This document shows, in pieces, positions 23,752 through 36,230 of a stretch of 64,000 nt of DNA; position 1 is the stretch's first letter, and each line of letters begins with the position of its first letter. The notes under the pieces were generated by a model. The model saw only the letters and a list, made by a program, of their open reading frames with translations. It had not been told where the DNA came from and searched no databases. Location: NCBI GenBank assembly GCA_030390025.1, contig CM059432.1, positions 75,146,001 to 75,210,000 on the forward strand, written 5' to 3'. Position numbers and translations under genes: made by a program. This stretch comes from Squalus acanthias (Eukaryota).

Positions 23752-23996
23752 CTATTGGTTCTGTAAATCCAGGATTACACAATTTTCTTTTCCCTGAACC
23801 CCTTCATTCTCTGACGTACCAGCAACATCCTCTGATGCTTCATTTTCTTCTTCTTCTAGTATTTCAAAAGGCGTCATTACATCATACAGAAATGAGAGGA
23901 AACCATAAACCCAATCTGAGGATTCCTCTGTTATAATATCTAGGACTTCCTCGAGTGTATCAATTTGTTCATTACTACCATCACCTTTAGTGAGGC
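23752..23996 (-). CDS. ASPH: Alternative acidic exon, either terminal or spliced at an internal donor (exon end 23820): (G)LTKGDGSNEQIDTLEEVLDIITEESSDWVYGFLSFLYDVMTPFEILEEEENEASEDVAG|TSENEGVQGKENCVILDLQNQ*
   Basis: Long polypyrimidine tract then gtgtag|GC. Open frame of 2+243 nt to TAG at 23752-23754. The internal donor GCTG|gtacgt gives a 177-nt phase 1-1 cassette. It resembles the recalled mammalian ASPH cardiac-isoform exon (GLTKDGSNENIDSLEEVL...DWFYGFLSFLYD...CVILDLHNQ). Confidence 0.9.
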
Positions 23997-24734
23997 CTAC
24001 ACAAGAATAAAAAGGAAAAGGAGAGAAAAGAAAGAAGTAGTCAGACAGAAATGGAAGAATATAGAACAGCAGGTGCTACGTTAGGTGTCCCACATCTGAT
24101 CAACACGCATATTTACTGGAAAACAGGGATGTGAATATCCAAGAGTCACAGCTTAAAATCACATCACTGCTTGTTACATAAAGAATTCTGGTTCTTCCTT
24201 CTTCTACTCCTCTCTTTTTCCACCCCCGTCCCCAAAGAAAAAAAAAACTACTTTTGCATTCTCAACCACTGAGTGAAGGCAAAGATTCTATTGAACAAAG
24301 TACTTCAATTAAACATTTTATTCAGAATATAAGTATGACAGCCCAAAAATAAACAACAGGAGGACCAGAATTCTAACTGAGGTAACAGCTACTAGATATA
24401 CAAGTTAGGAAGTGTACTCACTTGGATTTGGCGACCCTAATTTTTGCCACCTGTACAGTAATAACTAGAGCCATAGAATCCAGTTGGGTACAATATACAA
24501 CATGTACATTTTGGTCCACAATGTTCTAAAATATTTGAAATATAATTAACAAGGCTTATGTAACAGGTGTTTTTAGTTACGACCAGATCTAATGCATCAT
24601 CAGTGAACATACATTTTAGAGCATTGCGGTTCCAATTGAAACCAGTAAAAAAAACTCAAGACTGTGCATTGCAACCAAAACAACTTAGATTATATCTGTG
24701 ACAAGAGGTTTGTTGGATTTTCATTCCAGCCATA

Positions 24735-26675
24735 AGGGAACAATTGAGGGTAAGGAAAGAGGCATACATTAAGTGCACAGACAGCAGGGGAGTGCATGAT
24801 AAGAGAATATGAAAAGATTAGGAGAGAAGTCAAAAAAAACAATTAGGGAGGCAAAAAGGAACTATGAAATTAAATTATCAAGGAACATAAAACAAAATAG
24901 TAAAATATTTTATAGGCACATCAATAAAAAAGGTTGGGATGGGAATAGGGTCATTAAGGGATAGTCAGGATAATACCACAGGTAATGACAGAGAGATGGC
25001 AGAAATATTAAATTATTTTGCTTCAGTATTTACCAGGGATATAGAACAGGTGGACATGACATTGGATGATGAGATTAATAATGAGATAAGTGCAATTAAA
25101 ATAGGGGATATATTAAATAAATTAATCAAACTCAGGATAAAACCCCTGGTCCAGATGGATTGCATCCACGCATTTTAAAAGAATCTAGGGAAGATATAGC
25201 AGAGGCATTACCATGCATATTTAATAATTCGTTAGAAAAAGGTATACTGCCAGAGGACTGGCAGATAGCTAACGTAATACCAATATTTAAGGGGGATAGA
25301 ACATGTCCAGGGAATTAGACCAGTCAGCTTAACATTGGTGGTAGGAAAAATAATGGAATCCCTACTAAAAGAGAAAATAGAACATCTAGAAACCAAAAAT
25401 ATAATAAAGAAGTGTCAACATGGATTTCAAAAGGGAAAGTGTTGCTTGACCAACCTTATTGAATTTTTTGAAGAGGTAACAGAGAGAGTAGACAATGGTA
25501 ATGCAGATGTAATTTATCTGGATTTTCAAAAGGCCTTCGATAAGCTACCCCATAATGATGAACAAGGTCAGAGAATGCGGAGTCAGGGGACAAGTAGCAG
25601 AATGGATTGCTGGCTGGCTTCAGGACAGAAAGCAGAGAGTAGGAGTAAAGGGTAGCTATTCACAGTGGCAGAAAGTGGGTAGTGGTGTTCCACAAGGATC
25701 AGTGCTGGGACCACTGCTGTTCACAATTTACATTAACGATTTAGACTTTGGAATCAAAAACAATTTCTAAATTTGCAGATGACACCAAATTGGGCAGGAT
25801 AGTCAATACTGAGGAGGACTGCAACAAGTTACAGGAGGGACATTAATAAACCTGTAGCATGGGCATATAATTGGCAAATGAAGTTCAAAACAGATAAATG
25901 TGAGGTATTACATTTTGGTAGGAAGAATAGGGAGGTTACTTATCACTTGGAGGGTGCGAGTCTAGGTGGGGTGCAGGAACAAAGGGATCTAGGAGTACAA
26001 ATATACAAATCACTAAAAGTTGCGACACAGGTTAGCAAGGCCATAAATAAAAAAGCAAACCAAGCACTAGGGTTTATTTCTAGAGGGATAGAATTGAAAA
26101 GTAGGAAAGTTATGCTAAACCTGTATCGAACCTTGGTGCTCACCATATTATAAAAAAGGATATAGAGGCACTGGAGAGGGTGCAGAGAAAATTTACAAGG
26201 ATGATACCAGAAATGCGAGGGTATACACATCAGGAAAGGATGGAAAGGTTGGGTCTCTTTTCTCTTGAAAAAAGGCGGCTGAGGGGTGACCTAATAGAGG
26301 TCTTTAAAATTATGAACAATTTTGATAGAGTGGATAGAGAGAGAATGTTTCCACTTGTGGGGGAAGAGCATAACTAGAGGCCATCAATATAAGATAGTCA
26401 CCAAGAAATCCAATAGGGAATTCAGAAGAAACTTCTTTACCCAAAGAGTGGTGAGAATGTGGAACTCGCTACCACAGGGAGTGGTTGAAGCGAATAGTAT
26501 AGATGCATTTAAGGGGAGGCTAGACAAGCATATGAGGGAAAAGGAAATAGAGGGTTATGCTGACAGATTTAGATGAGGAAAGACGGGAGGAGGCTCATGT
26601 GGAGCTTAAACGCTGGTATGGACTGGTTGGGCCGAATGGCCTGTTTCTGTGCCGTATATCCTATGTAATCTATAT
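24735..26675 (+). mobile_element. CR1 LINE, 5'-truncated, frameshifted
   Basis: [41 protein letters not shown]; 3' hairpin gggccgaatggcctgtttctgtg. Confidence 0.93.
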
Positions 26676-28234
26676 AGGTTCTGGAAGGAACATACAAAAG
26701 TAGACAGAAAATAAAGTAAACAGAAGAGAATACAAATAATTACTCTGCTCAAAATAGATAACTATTAATCTCAGCAAAAGTTATTACACATCATCCTAAT
26801 GGAATACTGGTGCATTGCATTTAAACCTCTAATGCCAAACAGAATGATACAGATGTGAAGCATTAAGTTGGAAGAATTAACTAATAGATTTTGTAAATCT
26901 ACTTGAGGTTCAGAGAAGCTTTCATTTATCCTGGGGAACACTGAAAACTACGACTTCTAAATTGTATTTAACATAGATTCTGCAATTTCAGTTCAGGTTT
27001 CTTACCTGCAGTAACTAACATTGCAGAATCCCTGTTGGTGAGCTATATGAAATGCAACCATACTTATCACGCCTAAAAAACTACATTTTCTAATCACATT
27101 AGGTAACAATTCTGAAGTCTTAATGTTGAGCTTTAAAACTGCAGCAGACTTGTGATGGACTGAGCAGCTTATCCTCATTATGTTGCACATAAAACTATTC
27201 ACAAAAATATTACATACTTAGAGTATTGCACTTCAATTTACCAATAATAAATGTAACATAATAGCTTCTTGCCGTTCCAATTGTTTTATTTACCAATGAA
27301 AACAAATCCCTTAAATAGCATTTCTGCATCAAAAATATTTAGTTGAGACTAAGGAGTAATATTTTTTGATACATTTCCATTACATTTTTTCCCGTGGTGC
27401 CAGCAAATTCATTAAACTGTTACTGATAGCAGCCCCAATACAGTAAATGAGGTGGTGCTGCTACCTCCAGGAGATTGTGTACCATCAAAAGGGGATTGTC
27501 CACAGGTGCCTCTAGATGCAACAATGCCAAAACTGCAACATAAACCAGGGCCATCAACAGCCATGATTCATAGACCTATGGAGTGGTATTGCAGGCTTCA
27601 GCCTCGAGACACCCCAATGAGCCAGGTACAGCATCTAGATACATAGTGCAGAATCACAATTTAAAAAAAGTAAATCCTGCTGTGTGGATTTTCTGTTGTT
27701 TCAGCTGCTGTGGCATTTGCTGACAATATAGAAGAGGCAGTTTCTGCAACACATTCTTTAGCTGGTCCTGCAGAACTGCTTCCTAAATGGTCTTGCAATA
27801 GTAAGGTGCCATAAATTTCCAAACTATGTGCAGAGGACAATTTTTAAAATCTACAAATAGAATTTTAATGGCAGAATTATTAATTTTTTTTTTAAATGTG
27901 GTGTCAAAAACTGCATATTCTATAATATAAAAGTTTTTTAAATGCTTACAAGCTGCACAAATGGACAAAAGCAGAAAATAATCTTAAGACAGATCTTTGT
28001 AAATATCCAATTTACTTACACTTTAAAAAGTTTTGTATCTGTAGCAAATTACACAAAAAAAACCTGAATGGCAACCTATACGGAGTTTATTTGCTCCACA
28101 TGGGCTGCATACAATCTCATGGCCAGAATTTTGTAGTTACTGTTGAATAGGAATATGGATCTTTGGATGTGTGTCTTTTTTGGGCCCCAGTGTACTTGAG
28201 AGAATGTTGTTTGGGAGGGTGATCATCTCTTCAA

Positions 28235-28430
28235 CCATCTTAAAACTGTGTCCTCTGGTTACTGACCCTCCCTGCCAGTGGAAAGTGTTTCTTCTTATTT
28301 ACTCTATCAAAAACTGTCATAATTTTGAACACCTCTATTAAATCTCCCTTTAACCTTCTCTGCTCGAGAGAACAATCTCAGCTGCTCTAGTCTCTCCACA
28401 TAACTGAAGTCTCTCATCCCTAGTACCATT
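28235..28430 (-). mobile_element. CR1 3' ORF2 fragment
   Basis: Minus strand agagaaggttaaagggagatttaatagaggtgttcaaaattatg (RLRGDLIEVFKIM-like). Confidence 0.7.
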
Positions 28431-29059
28431 CCATTACTGATTGGCGACCTAAAGGGTTGATGTGGATGTTAAAGTATGAGATGCAAGATCTTTGATATTT
28501 CATTGCCATGTGAACTAGAGAGAGAATGCTATGCTGTCCCACTTGCTCTATACTGTTCTGAACATGTATACTTTAGAGGAGCCTGGACATTTCCTTGGAG
28601 CACCCATTTTAATTTTCTTTAACAGTGCACCTATGTCAGCAAGTACTTGTGGGCAACTGCTCAAAATTCCAATTTTATTTCTTCTAAAAGGAAAAGACCC
28701 AAGTGAACAAGTTATTTTCCCTCTGCTTCACATATTCCTCACCATTCTGCTTCATTGCCTCTCTGCCCCCAGACTAGTCACTGCTTTTGAGAGAGAGAAA
28801 GAGAGAGAGAAATTCCTCCTTCATCCAACTGTCCTGTTGGGAGCAGTAGGCTCTCTTAATGTTACCAAGCTATACGCAAAAGTCACCTGACTGTAGAACT
28901 GAAAAAGGGAGAGAGAGAATTTACGTAGATTCAGAATCTGAATGGTTGCAATGAACATCAAGGATATAATCACGAGTGAGCCTATCAGAGGGGAGTCTGC
29001 AATTATTTTTGCTACGTTTTTCTTTTTTAAAACTGTATTGACAGAACTTCATATGCTGA

Positions 29060-29175
29060 TGGGGTTATATGAAGAGGGGTGGGAGGAGGCTCGTATGGAG
29101 CATAAACACCGGCATGGACCAGTTGGGCTGAATGGCCTGTTTCTGTGCTATAGATTCTATGTTATTTTATGTAAC
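29060..29175 (+). mobile_element. CR1 3'-terminal fragment
   Basis: gggaggaggctcgtatggagcataaacaccggcatggaccagttgggctgaatggcctgtttctgtg; same end as 26580-26675. Confidence 0.75.
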
Positions 29176-29230
29176 TGGACTAGTTTCAGCAGGAGAGGTG
29201 TCAGTTTAAGGCGTTTGTTTTTTTTAAAAA

Positions 29231-29606
29231 GTCATTCTCAGGACATGGGCATCGCTGGCTAGGCTGGTATTTATTGCCCATCCCTAGTTGCCCCGAGAAG
29301 ACGGTGATACAACTGCATGGCTTGCTAATCCACTTCAGAGGGCCAAGTTGATGCAAGACTGGAGTCATATATAGACCAGACTTGGTAAGGACAGCAGGTT
29401 TCCTTATCCAAAAGGACATTAATGAACCAGTTGAGTTTTATCACAATTGGATAGGTTTATGGTCACATTTAAAAACAAACTAATACCAGCTTTATATATC
29501 CAGATTTTTTTTTAATTGTGAAAAACTGAATTCAAATTCTCAAACTGCCATTTGAACTCAGGTTCTCTGGATTACTAGTGCAGTAACATAACCACTATGC
29601 CACCGT
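29231..29606 (-). mobile_element. tRNA-derived SINE whose 3' tail matches the LINE at 19100-19897
   Basis: A-box-like TGGCATAGTGG (29592-29602) and B-box-like GAGTTCAAAT (29550-29559); tail cttctcggggcaactagggatgggcaataaataccagcctagccagcgatgccca. Confidence 0.75.
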
Positions 29607-29994
29607 AGAGACGTGAGGAACTCAGGTGGGTAGCCACCGTGTTGTGGCTTTGCTGGATTCATATTGCTACTTGAATCTCCTTAGCAGAGATTAGAGTCTG
29701 ATGATTTGGACTCTTCCTCGGCGAGTTGAGATGGGGATACGGCAAGCTGGAACCTTCTGGATTGGCCAGAGACTTTGTCGATGCATCCTCCAATGAGCCG
29801 GAGCATAGCCCTCCCAACAAACGTGAGGCATACCCCAGTCAGGAAATGGTAATGTAGGAACTCAAGAAATGCCAAGTGGTCTGGAACCCATTTATAGAAG
29901 CCCACATGACCCAGGGACATTCCACACAGCTGAGACCACCTCCACTGAAGTCAGAATGAGCCACAAACTCTGCCACTGCTCCACAAAAGACAAT

Positions 29995-30656
29995 GGGGTA
30001 GAGTTTCCGTTTTCGACTCAATCGGGAAACTGGGCGCAAATTGCCGTGTTTTCCGAAGTGAAGCTCAAGCTTGCATAATCACAAACATAAAATCTTCCAT
30101 GAACCAGCGCAACATAGTGGAACAATCCTTTATTTCTTTTTCTTTGCATTAAAAAATATTCCTTGATGTATTTAAGAGTGGTAAGCTGGTGCAGCTTTAT
30201 TAATCCAGCTGAAAATGGGTTTATCACAAAAAATAAGAGTGTCTAGTCCTCTACCAGTGGTAACGGATTTTAATTCACCGAACAGGATTTAAAACTGTAC
30301 TGAACCATTTACAAATTTCAATGGTGTACACGTCAGGTTTTTTTTAGTAAATTAAATAATTTTTAAATATGTAAAAACTTCTAATACGTGCCTACTAGTG
30401 CCTGTGCGCCTAAAAAAACTCAATTTGAAGAAACTCCTCGAACGCCCGCAAATGTGGAAACTCGCGATGCTCATTATTTCGATCTGGGGGCGTAGCCGCC
30501 TTCCAACACAATATTTTTTTTAAAAATCAGCGTTAAAGATCACGGAAACGCAATTTATGCTCGTCGTAACTTACGGTTAAAATTCAGCGATCTTTTGCAC
30601 TGGTTTGGCCGATTGCAGTCGGATTGCGCTGATGAAACCAGCGGAAACTCTAGGCC
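29995..30656. mobile_element. PIF/Harbinger-type MITE
   Basis: TIRs GGGGTAGAGTTTCCG / CGGAAACTCTAGGCC (13/15 match); 3-bp TSD AAT at 29992-29994 and 30657-30659; CpG-rich interior. Confidence 0.75.
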
Positions 30657-31095
30657 AATGCTTCAATCCGACAAAGCCCATCACATTTGTAAGACCCTCA
30701 ATAACTCCCGAAACATTGGCAAATTATCCGGACGCCCAAACAGCACACTGTTTTCAGCATATTTACCACTCCTACGCACCAATGTACACCTACGTACTGT
30801 GAAAACGTCAATGACTTTGTAACTTTACATGTATGATTTTTCTTAATGTATTTGGAGAATTTTTCCCCCCCCCAATCCCAATGATACGGATGTATATTCC
30901 TCTGCCTATTAGAAAATACATTACACATACTTATTTGCTCTTTCTCCCAGAAGCATTATTTCAATGTCCTTGCTTTTCCCAGTAGTCACAATTTTTAGTG
31001 TGCATGGAGAGGGAAAAAAGTTACAAATTGTTCAACGTAGATCACATAATAATTAGCAGCATTTAAAAGTAAGTGTCACACCAACCAAAGTCAGT

Positions 31096-31138
31096 CATGC
31101 AACTGCCAAACAAAGATGTGAATTTAAAACGCCATGCA
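31096..31138 (-). promoter_or_regulatory. Two TGCATG (RBFOX-type) intronic splicing elements just downstream of the GC donor
   Basis: Plus-strand catgca at 31096-31101 and 31133-31138, within 70 nt of the exon end. Confidence 0.5.
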
Positions 31139-31164
31139 AAATAAAAATCAGATAATATGCTTGC

Positions 31165-31233
31165 CTAGCAAAATTTTGGCATCCTCCACATCAAAATCAC
31201 CATCTCCGTCAGCATCATAGACTCCAAGTTTCC
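31165..31233 (-). CDS. ASPH: 69-nt exon with luminal EF-hand-like loop: (G)KLGVYDADGDGDFDVEDAKILL(G)
   Basis: Acceptor ttctttcacttctaaatag|GG and donor CTAG|gcaagc (GC donor); 69 nt, phase 1-1. It matches the recalled KLGIYDADGDGDFDVDDAKVLLG. It is absent from the ORF track because it is too short. Confidence 0.95.
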   Translation of the reverse strand, partial: GNLESMMLTEMVILMWRMPKFC

Positions 31234-31549
31234 CTATTTAGAAGTGAAAGAAGGAAAACAATTATATTACCCTTTGAATTAGCTTTCACTCCAATGAATG
31301 CACAGCATGTAAAAACATTAACCAGAACAGTTAAAGCTTTGGATGATCACAAGTTGAGAAATGTACAAAGCGTAATTACAACGTATTCTTCAAACAGTCA
31401 TACTCCACATAGCTCCAATACCAGAGGGATAACCATTGGGACATCAGCCTCTTTCAGAAAGATCAGGCAGGATCTCCATGACATTCCACTATAGCTGTAT
31501 ATTTTATTTAATCCCTCCAATATAAACACAACTTTAAGACCTATATCTT

Positions 31550-34500
31550 CTGACAAGAGGAAAGAATTCAAATGCAATTAAGACAGACAAAAATAGCCAT
31601 AAGATTAGTCAAGAGATCTTTGGAAAAGAAGATGGTGTAGCAATAGCAAAAGTTAGTTTAGCTATGTCAGAAATCAAAAGACTATTAAGGATCGTATAGG
31701 ACCACTAAAGGATACTGTAGGGCAGATTCAAATTGATTTTCAAGTTATGGCAGAGCTGCTGAATGACTATTTTGCATAGTCTATACTCCTGTAGATGATG
31801 CTCATGATCCAGGTGAGGAGCTGCTCATTATTGAATAGCATTAAGATAGTAATGTAATTTTGGATAAATTAGGGAAGCTCAAAATTGATAGGACTCCAGG
31901 TCCAGATAACATCCATCCAAGGCTGATTAAAGAGATGAGGCAAGTGCGCTGTGACCTCCTTGCCTGTATCTTCAATAGTTCAATAGAGGCAGGGATAGTT
32001 CCCTTAGACTGGATGCTAGTTCATGTAGTTCCTATTTTCAACAATAAAAAGGGGGACAAATCAAAGCCAGGGAACTACAGGCCTGACATCCATAATTGAG
32101 AAGATTATGAGACGTGTCCTTTATGATCACTGGGAAAGGGAATAGGACCATTATAAATTCAAAACATGGCTGTCCGAAAAATAGGTCATGGTGAGTGAGA
32201 GTGAGAGCGAGAGGTTTTTTTTTTTTAAAAAGGAAGTCACAAGATGGAATCTTGTGGTATCAGTAGAAATATAAAACACTGGATTAGGAATTGGCTCCAA
32301 TCCCGCAGTCAAAAAGTTGTAGTTAACGGTTGTGGTTCAATTTGGAGACATGTTACTAGTTGTGTTGCCTAGGGGTCGGTCCTCAGCCCGCTACTCTTCA
32401 TGGTCTTTAATGACCTGGACAGGGGTGTTGAGTGTATGGTAAGCAAGTTTGCAGATGACACCGAAATCTGTACAAGGGTCAAGCTAGTAGAGGAGTGCAA
32501 TCAAATCCAAAAACATTTAGATGTGATCGGGAAGTGGGCCACACATTGGCAAATGGTATTTAATTTAGCTAAATGTAGTGTCATGCATGTTTGTCAGGCC
32601 AACACAGAATACACGTATCATTTGCAGGGAACAATACTGAAAGAAGTAGTTGAGAGAGAAAAAGATCTTGATGTTATTGTGCACAAATCTCTGAAGGTTC
32701 ATGACCAATGTAGAGAAACTGTAGCTAAAGCCAACAAGGTATTGGGTTGTATTAATAGAACCACACAGTATAAATCAAAAGACACCATTTTGACACTGTA
32801 CAGTTCACTGGTCAGACCACATCTAGAGTACAGTGCCCAGTTTTGGTCCCCTTACATAGTGGGTGATATATTGGCCTTGGAAAAGGTCCAGAGGTGAGCT
32901 ACAAGAATGATTCCCAGATTAAAGAACCTCAGCTACTCAGATCGGCTCAAGGACATCGGTTTATTTACTTTAGAGCAGCGTAGACTTAGAGGTGACCTGA
33001 TGGAGGTCTATATGACATCCTTTGTGACTGTGACAAAGGTAAACTATCCCTGCTCATTCTGCTTGACATGTCTGCAGCTTTTGACACGGTTGAACACTCA
33101 GTCCTTCTCCAACGCCTCTCCACCGTCGTCCAACTGGGTGAGACTGCACTCGCCTGGTTCCATTCTTATCTATCTAATCGTAGCCAGAGAATCACCTGCA
33201 ATGGCTTCTCGTCCCGCTCTCGCATCATTACCTCTGGTGTCCCCCGAGGAGCTATCCTTGGCCCCCTCCTATTTCTCACTTACATGCTGCCCCTTGGCGA
33301 CATCATCCAAAAACACAGCATCAGTTTCCACACCCAGCTCTACCTCACTTCCACTCTCTTGATCCCTCCGCGGTCTCTAAATTGTCAGACTGCTTGTCCG
33401 ACATCTAGTTCTGGATGAGCAGAAATTCTCTCAAATTAAATATTGGGAAGACCGAAGCCATTGTTTTCGGTCCCTGCCACAAACTCCGTTCCCTAGCCAC
33501 TGACTCCATCCCTCTCCCGAACATCTGTCTGAGGCTGAACCACACTGTTCGCAACCTTGGTGTCATATTTTACCCTGAAATGAGTTTCCGACCACATATC
33601 CACAGCATAACTAAGACCGCCTATTTCCACCTCCATAACATCGCCCATCTCCGCCCTTGCCTCAGCTCATCAGCTGCTGAAACCCTCATCCATGCATTTA
33701 TTACCTCTAGACTTAACTATTCCAATGCACTCCTGGCTGGCCTCCCACATTCTACCGTACATAAACTTGAGGTCATCCAAAACTCAACTGCCCATGTCCT
33801 AACTCGCACCAAGTCCCGTTCACCCATCACCCCAGTGCTCGCTGACCTACATTGGCTCCCGGTTAAGCAACGCCTCGATTTCAAAATTCTCATCCTGGTT
33901 TTCAAATATCTCGCCCCTCCCTATCTCTAATCTCCTTCAGCCCCACAACCCCCCATGATATCTGCGCTCCTCTAATTCTGCCCTCTCGAGCATCCCTGAT
34001 TATAATCGCTCAACCATTGGTGGCCGTGCCTTCTGTTGCCTGGGCCCTAAGCTCTGGAATTCCCTCTCTAAACCTCTCCGCCTCTCTTTCCTCCTTTAAG
34101 ACGCTCCTTAAAACCTACCTCTTTGACCAAGCTTTTGGTCACCTGCCCTAATTTCTCCTCATGTGGCCCAGTGTCAAATTTGTGTGTCTTATACTCCTGT
34201 GAAGCGCCTTGGGACGTTTTACCAAGTTAAAGGCACTATATAAATACAAGTTGTTGTTGTATAAAATAATTAAAGGGCTGGATAGAGTACCCATTGATAG
34301 ATTAGTCCAGTTTAACAGATTGTAGAGGACATGGGGACATGAATTTAAACTAAGAAAAAGAGTAGGAATAGACTGGATATTAGGCGATTCTTCTTTTCCC
34401 AGAGAATTGAATGCTCTGGAATACATTGCCAGTTGGTGGGGTGGGTGCTGACTTTCTGCAAGCCTTCAAGAGGGAGCTGGGCCAGTGCCTTACAGGGCAG

Positions 34501-34840
34501 AGATTGCATCATATAGAAGGCAAATGCCTTCATAAGTAATACTTGGTCCATGTGATCCCCTGAACTGGTTTTGATCGCCTGAGGGGGTCAGTGGAATTTT
34601 AGAGTATATTTTCCTTTATTGGCCCTGGGTTTTTCTGTTTTTTGTTGTCTCTCCCACTCTCTCTAGGAGATTACATGGTTGCGAGGGTGGGTGTGAAAGG
34701 AGATGGGGGGGAACGGGGGGATTGGGGGGAGGAAAGGAGGAAGGAGTGTCCAGCCATCATGGTCTTGCCATCATGGTGTGGGGTAGGCTTGATGGACCAG
34801 CTGGTCTTTTGCTGCCCGTCATTTGCATATGTTCATTTTC
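31550..34840 (+). mobile_element. Older CR1 LINE, split by an L2 insertion
   Basis: [44 protein letters not shown]|; it resumes tataaaataattaaagggctggatagag after 34259. Confidence 0.85.
33012..34259 (+). mobile_element. L2 LINE, 5'-truncated
   Basis: DMSAAFDTV, GVPRGAILGP, LKLNIGKTEAI, SRLNYSNALL, LHWLPVKQR; tail gcactatataaatacaagttgttgttg. Confidence 0.92.
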
Positions 34841-36230
34841 GTAAATATATTTTTGATGTTCAAGCACATATACACACACAAAGTTCCGTTACAGTCATGC
34901 ATACTGAAAGTGGTAATGAACAAAAACAAATGAAGCCTGCACAACACTAACCTGAATACAATTCAGAAGGGCCAAAGATGAGAATGTCAGAAAGTATGGT
35001 AGAAAATAAGGAGTCAGACCCCTAAAAGGGTAGTAATCTAAATTATGCTTCTATAGGTTGTAGTTGATCGTAGTGCTTTTTCTAGGAAATGGGACGACCA
35101 GTGGGTCCTGGATCTAAGACAGACTTAAGTACTATATTGCCAAACCTCCTGCCTTTGAGAAGTGCCAAGAAAGTAATGTTCCAAAAAGCAGTGTTGTTCT
35201 AAATGGCTAGTTATCAAGTGTTGGCAATGGACCCAGTAAAAAAAAAAGCCCACAATTCAACTGAGTTCATCAAGAAGACAGCACCATGCCAACTGATAAG
35301 GAGGAGAATGAATTCTGCAAAGCAACATTAAGCATTGTCCAAAGGTTGAGACACACAACATTGTAGGTTGTACAATAAGTTACTAGAGGGAGGAAGAAAG
35401 AATTAAAAAAGTGATGGGGCTCAGTCCAATTTCCATGGGAAGGGCAAATAAGGCCGACAGTGCAACGTGCATTCCTTGTCTAACTGTACAGATAGTACCC
35501 CAGGAGTATCTAAATCGAAATGAAATTCCAAATAAGAATCAGAAATAAGACCGAATTAATATTATAGTCACATTCGTTACGCAGGAACACTCAGCCATTA
35601 GAATCTGGAGTTCATGAATGCTCCTAATTTTAACCAGGCTCAACAGCAATGCTGTATTTTATACATTCCATTCTGACCCTGGTTGAATGGGACCAGTATG
35701 AGCTTGCGCAGGGAATCAGATGAAAAGTTTGAAAAGGGAATTCTATGTATGGGATCACTTGCATGAAATAGGACATAACAGGGCATATTCCCAAGTGATC
35801 TTGAAATGTGAAATGTGAATACAGCAGATACATATATGCTGACTGCACTGGATCAGAATTCTTCAGCTAGAAATGTTTACTAAGTGACATCACAGAACAC
35901 ACTATGTCCAAATCTTGATCCATGCACCATAGACAATTTTTTTCCAATGTATAGTCGTATAACTGAGTGTCCGCCTTATAGGAAGGCGTAACTTATCAAT
36001 GGCCTGAGATGACTGACTGATCATTTTAATCATCATCATCTTCTTCTTAATATTCAAATAGTCCATTGCTTACAGAACGAGAAGGTATAGCTCTCCTAAT
36101 TCCTTAAAGAAAAGGTACAAGTTATGTAGAACAGAAGGTGCTAATTTTCTGGATTCAAATCTAAAACAGGACATTCCTATGATTTTAATTAAGTATAGTT
36201 TTTGTAGTGTAAGATAATTAAATAGGCACT

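Noticed and set aside
29550..29606. tRNA gene
   Set aside because: Only degenerate A and B boxes heading a SINE body; no cloverleaf is evident.
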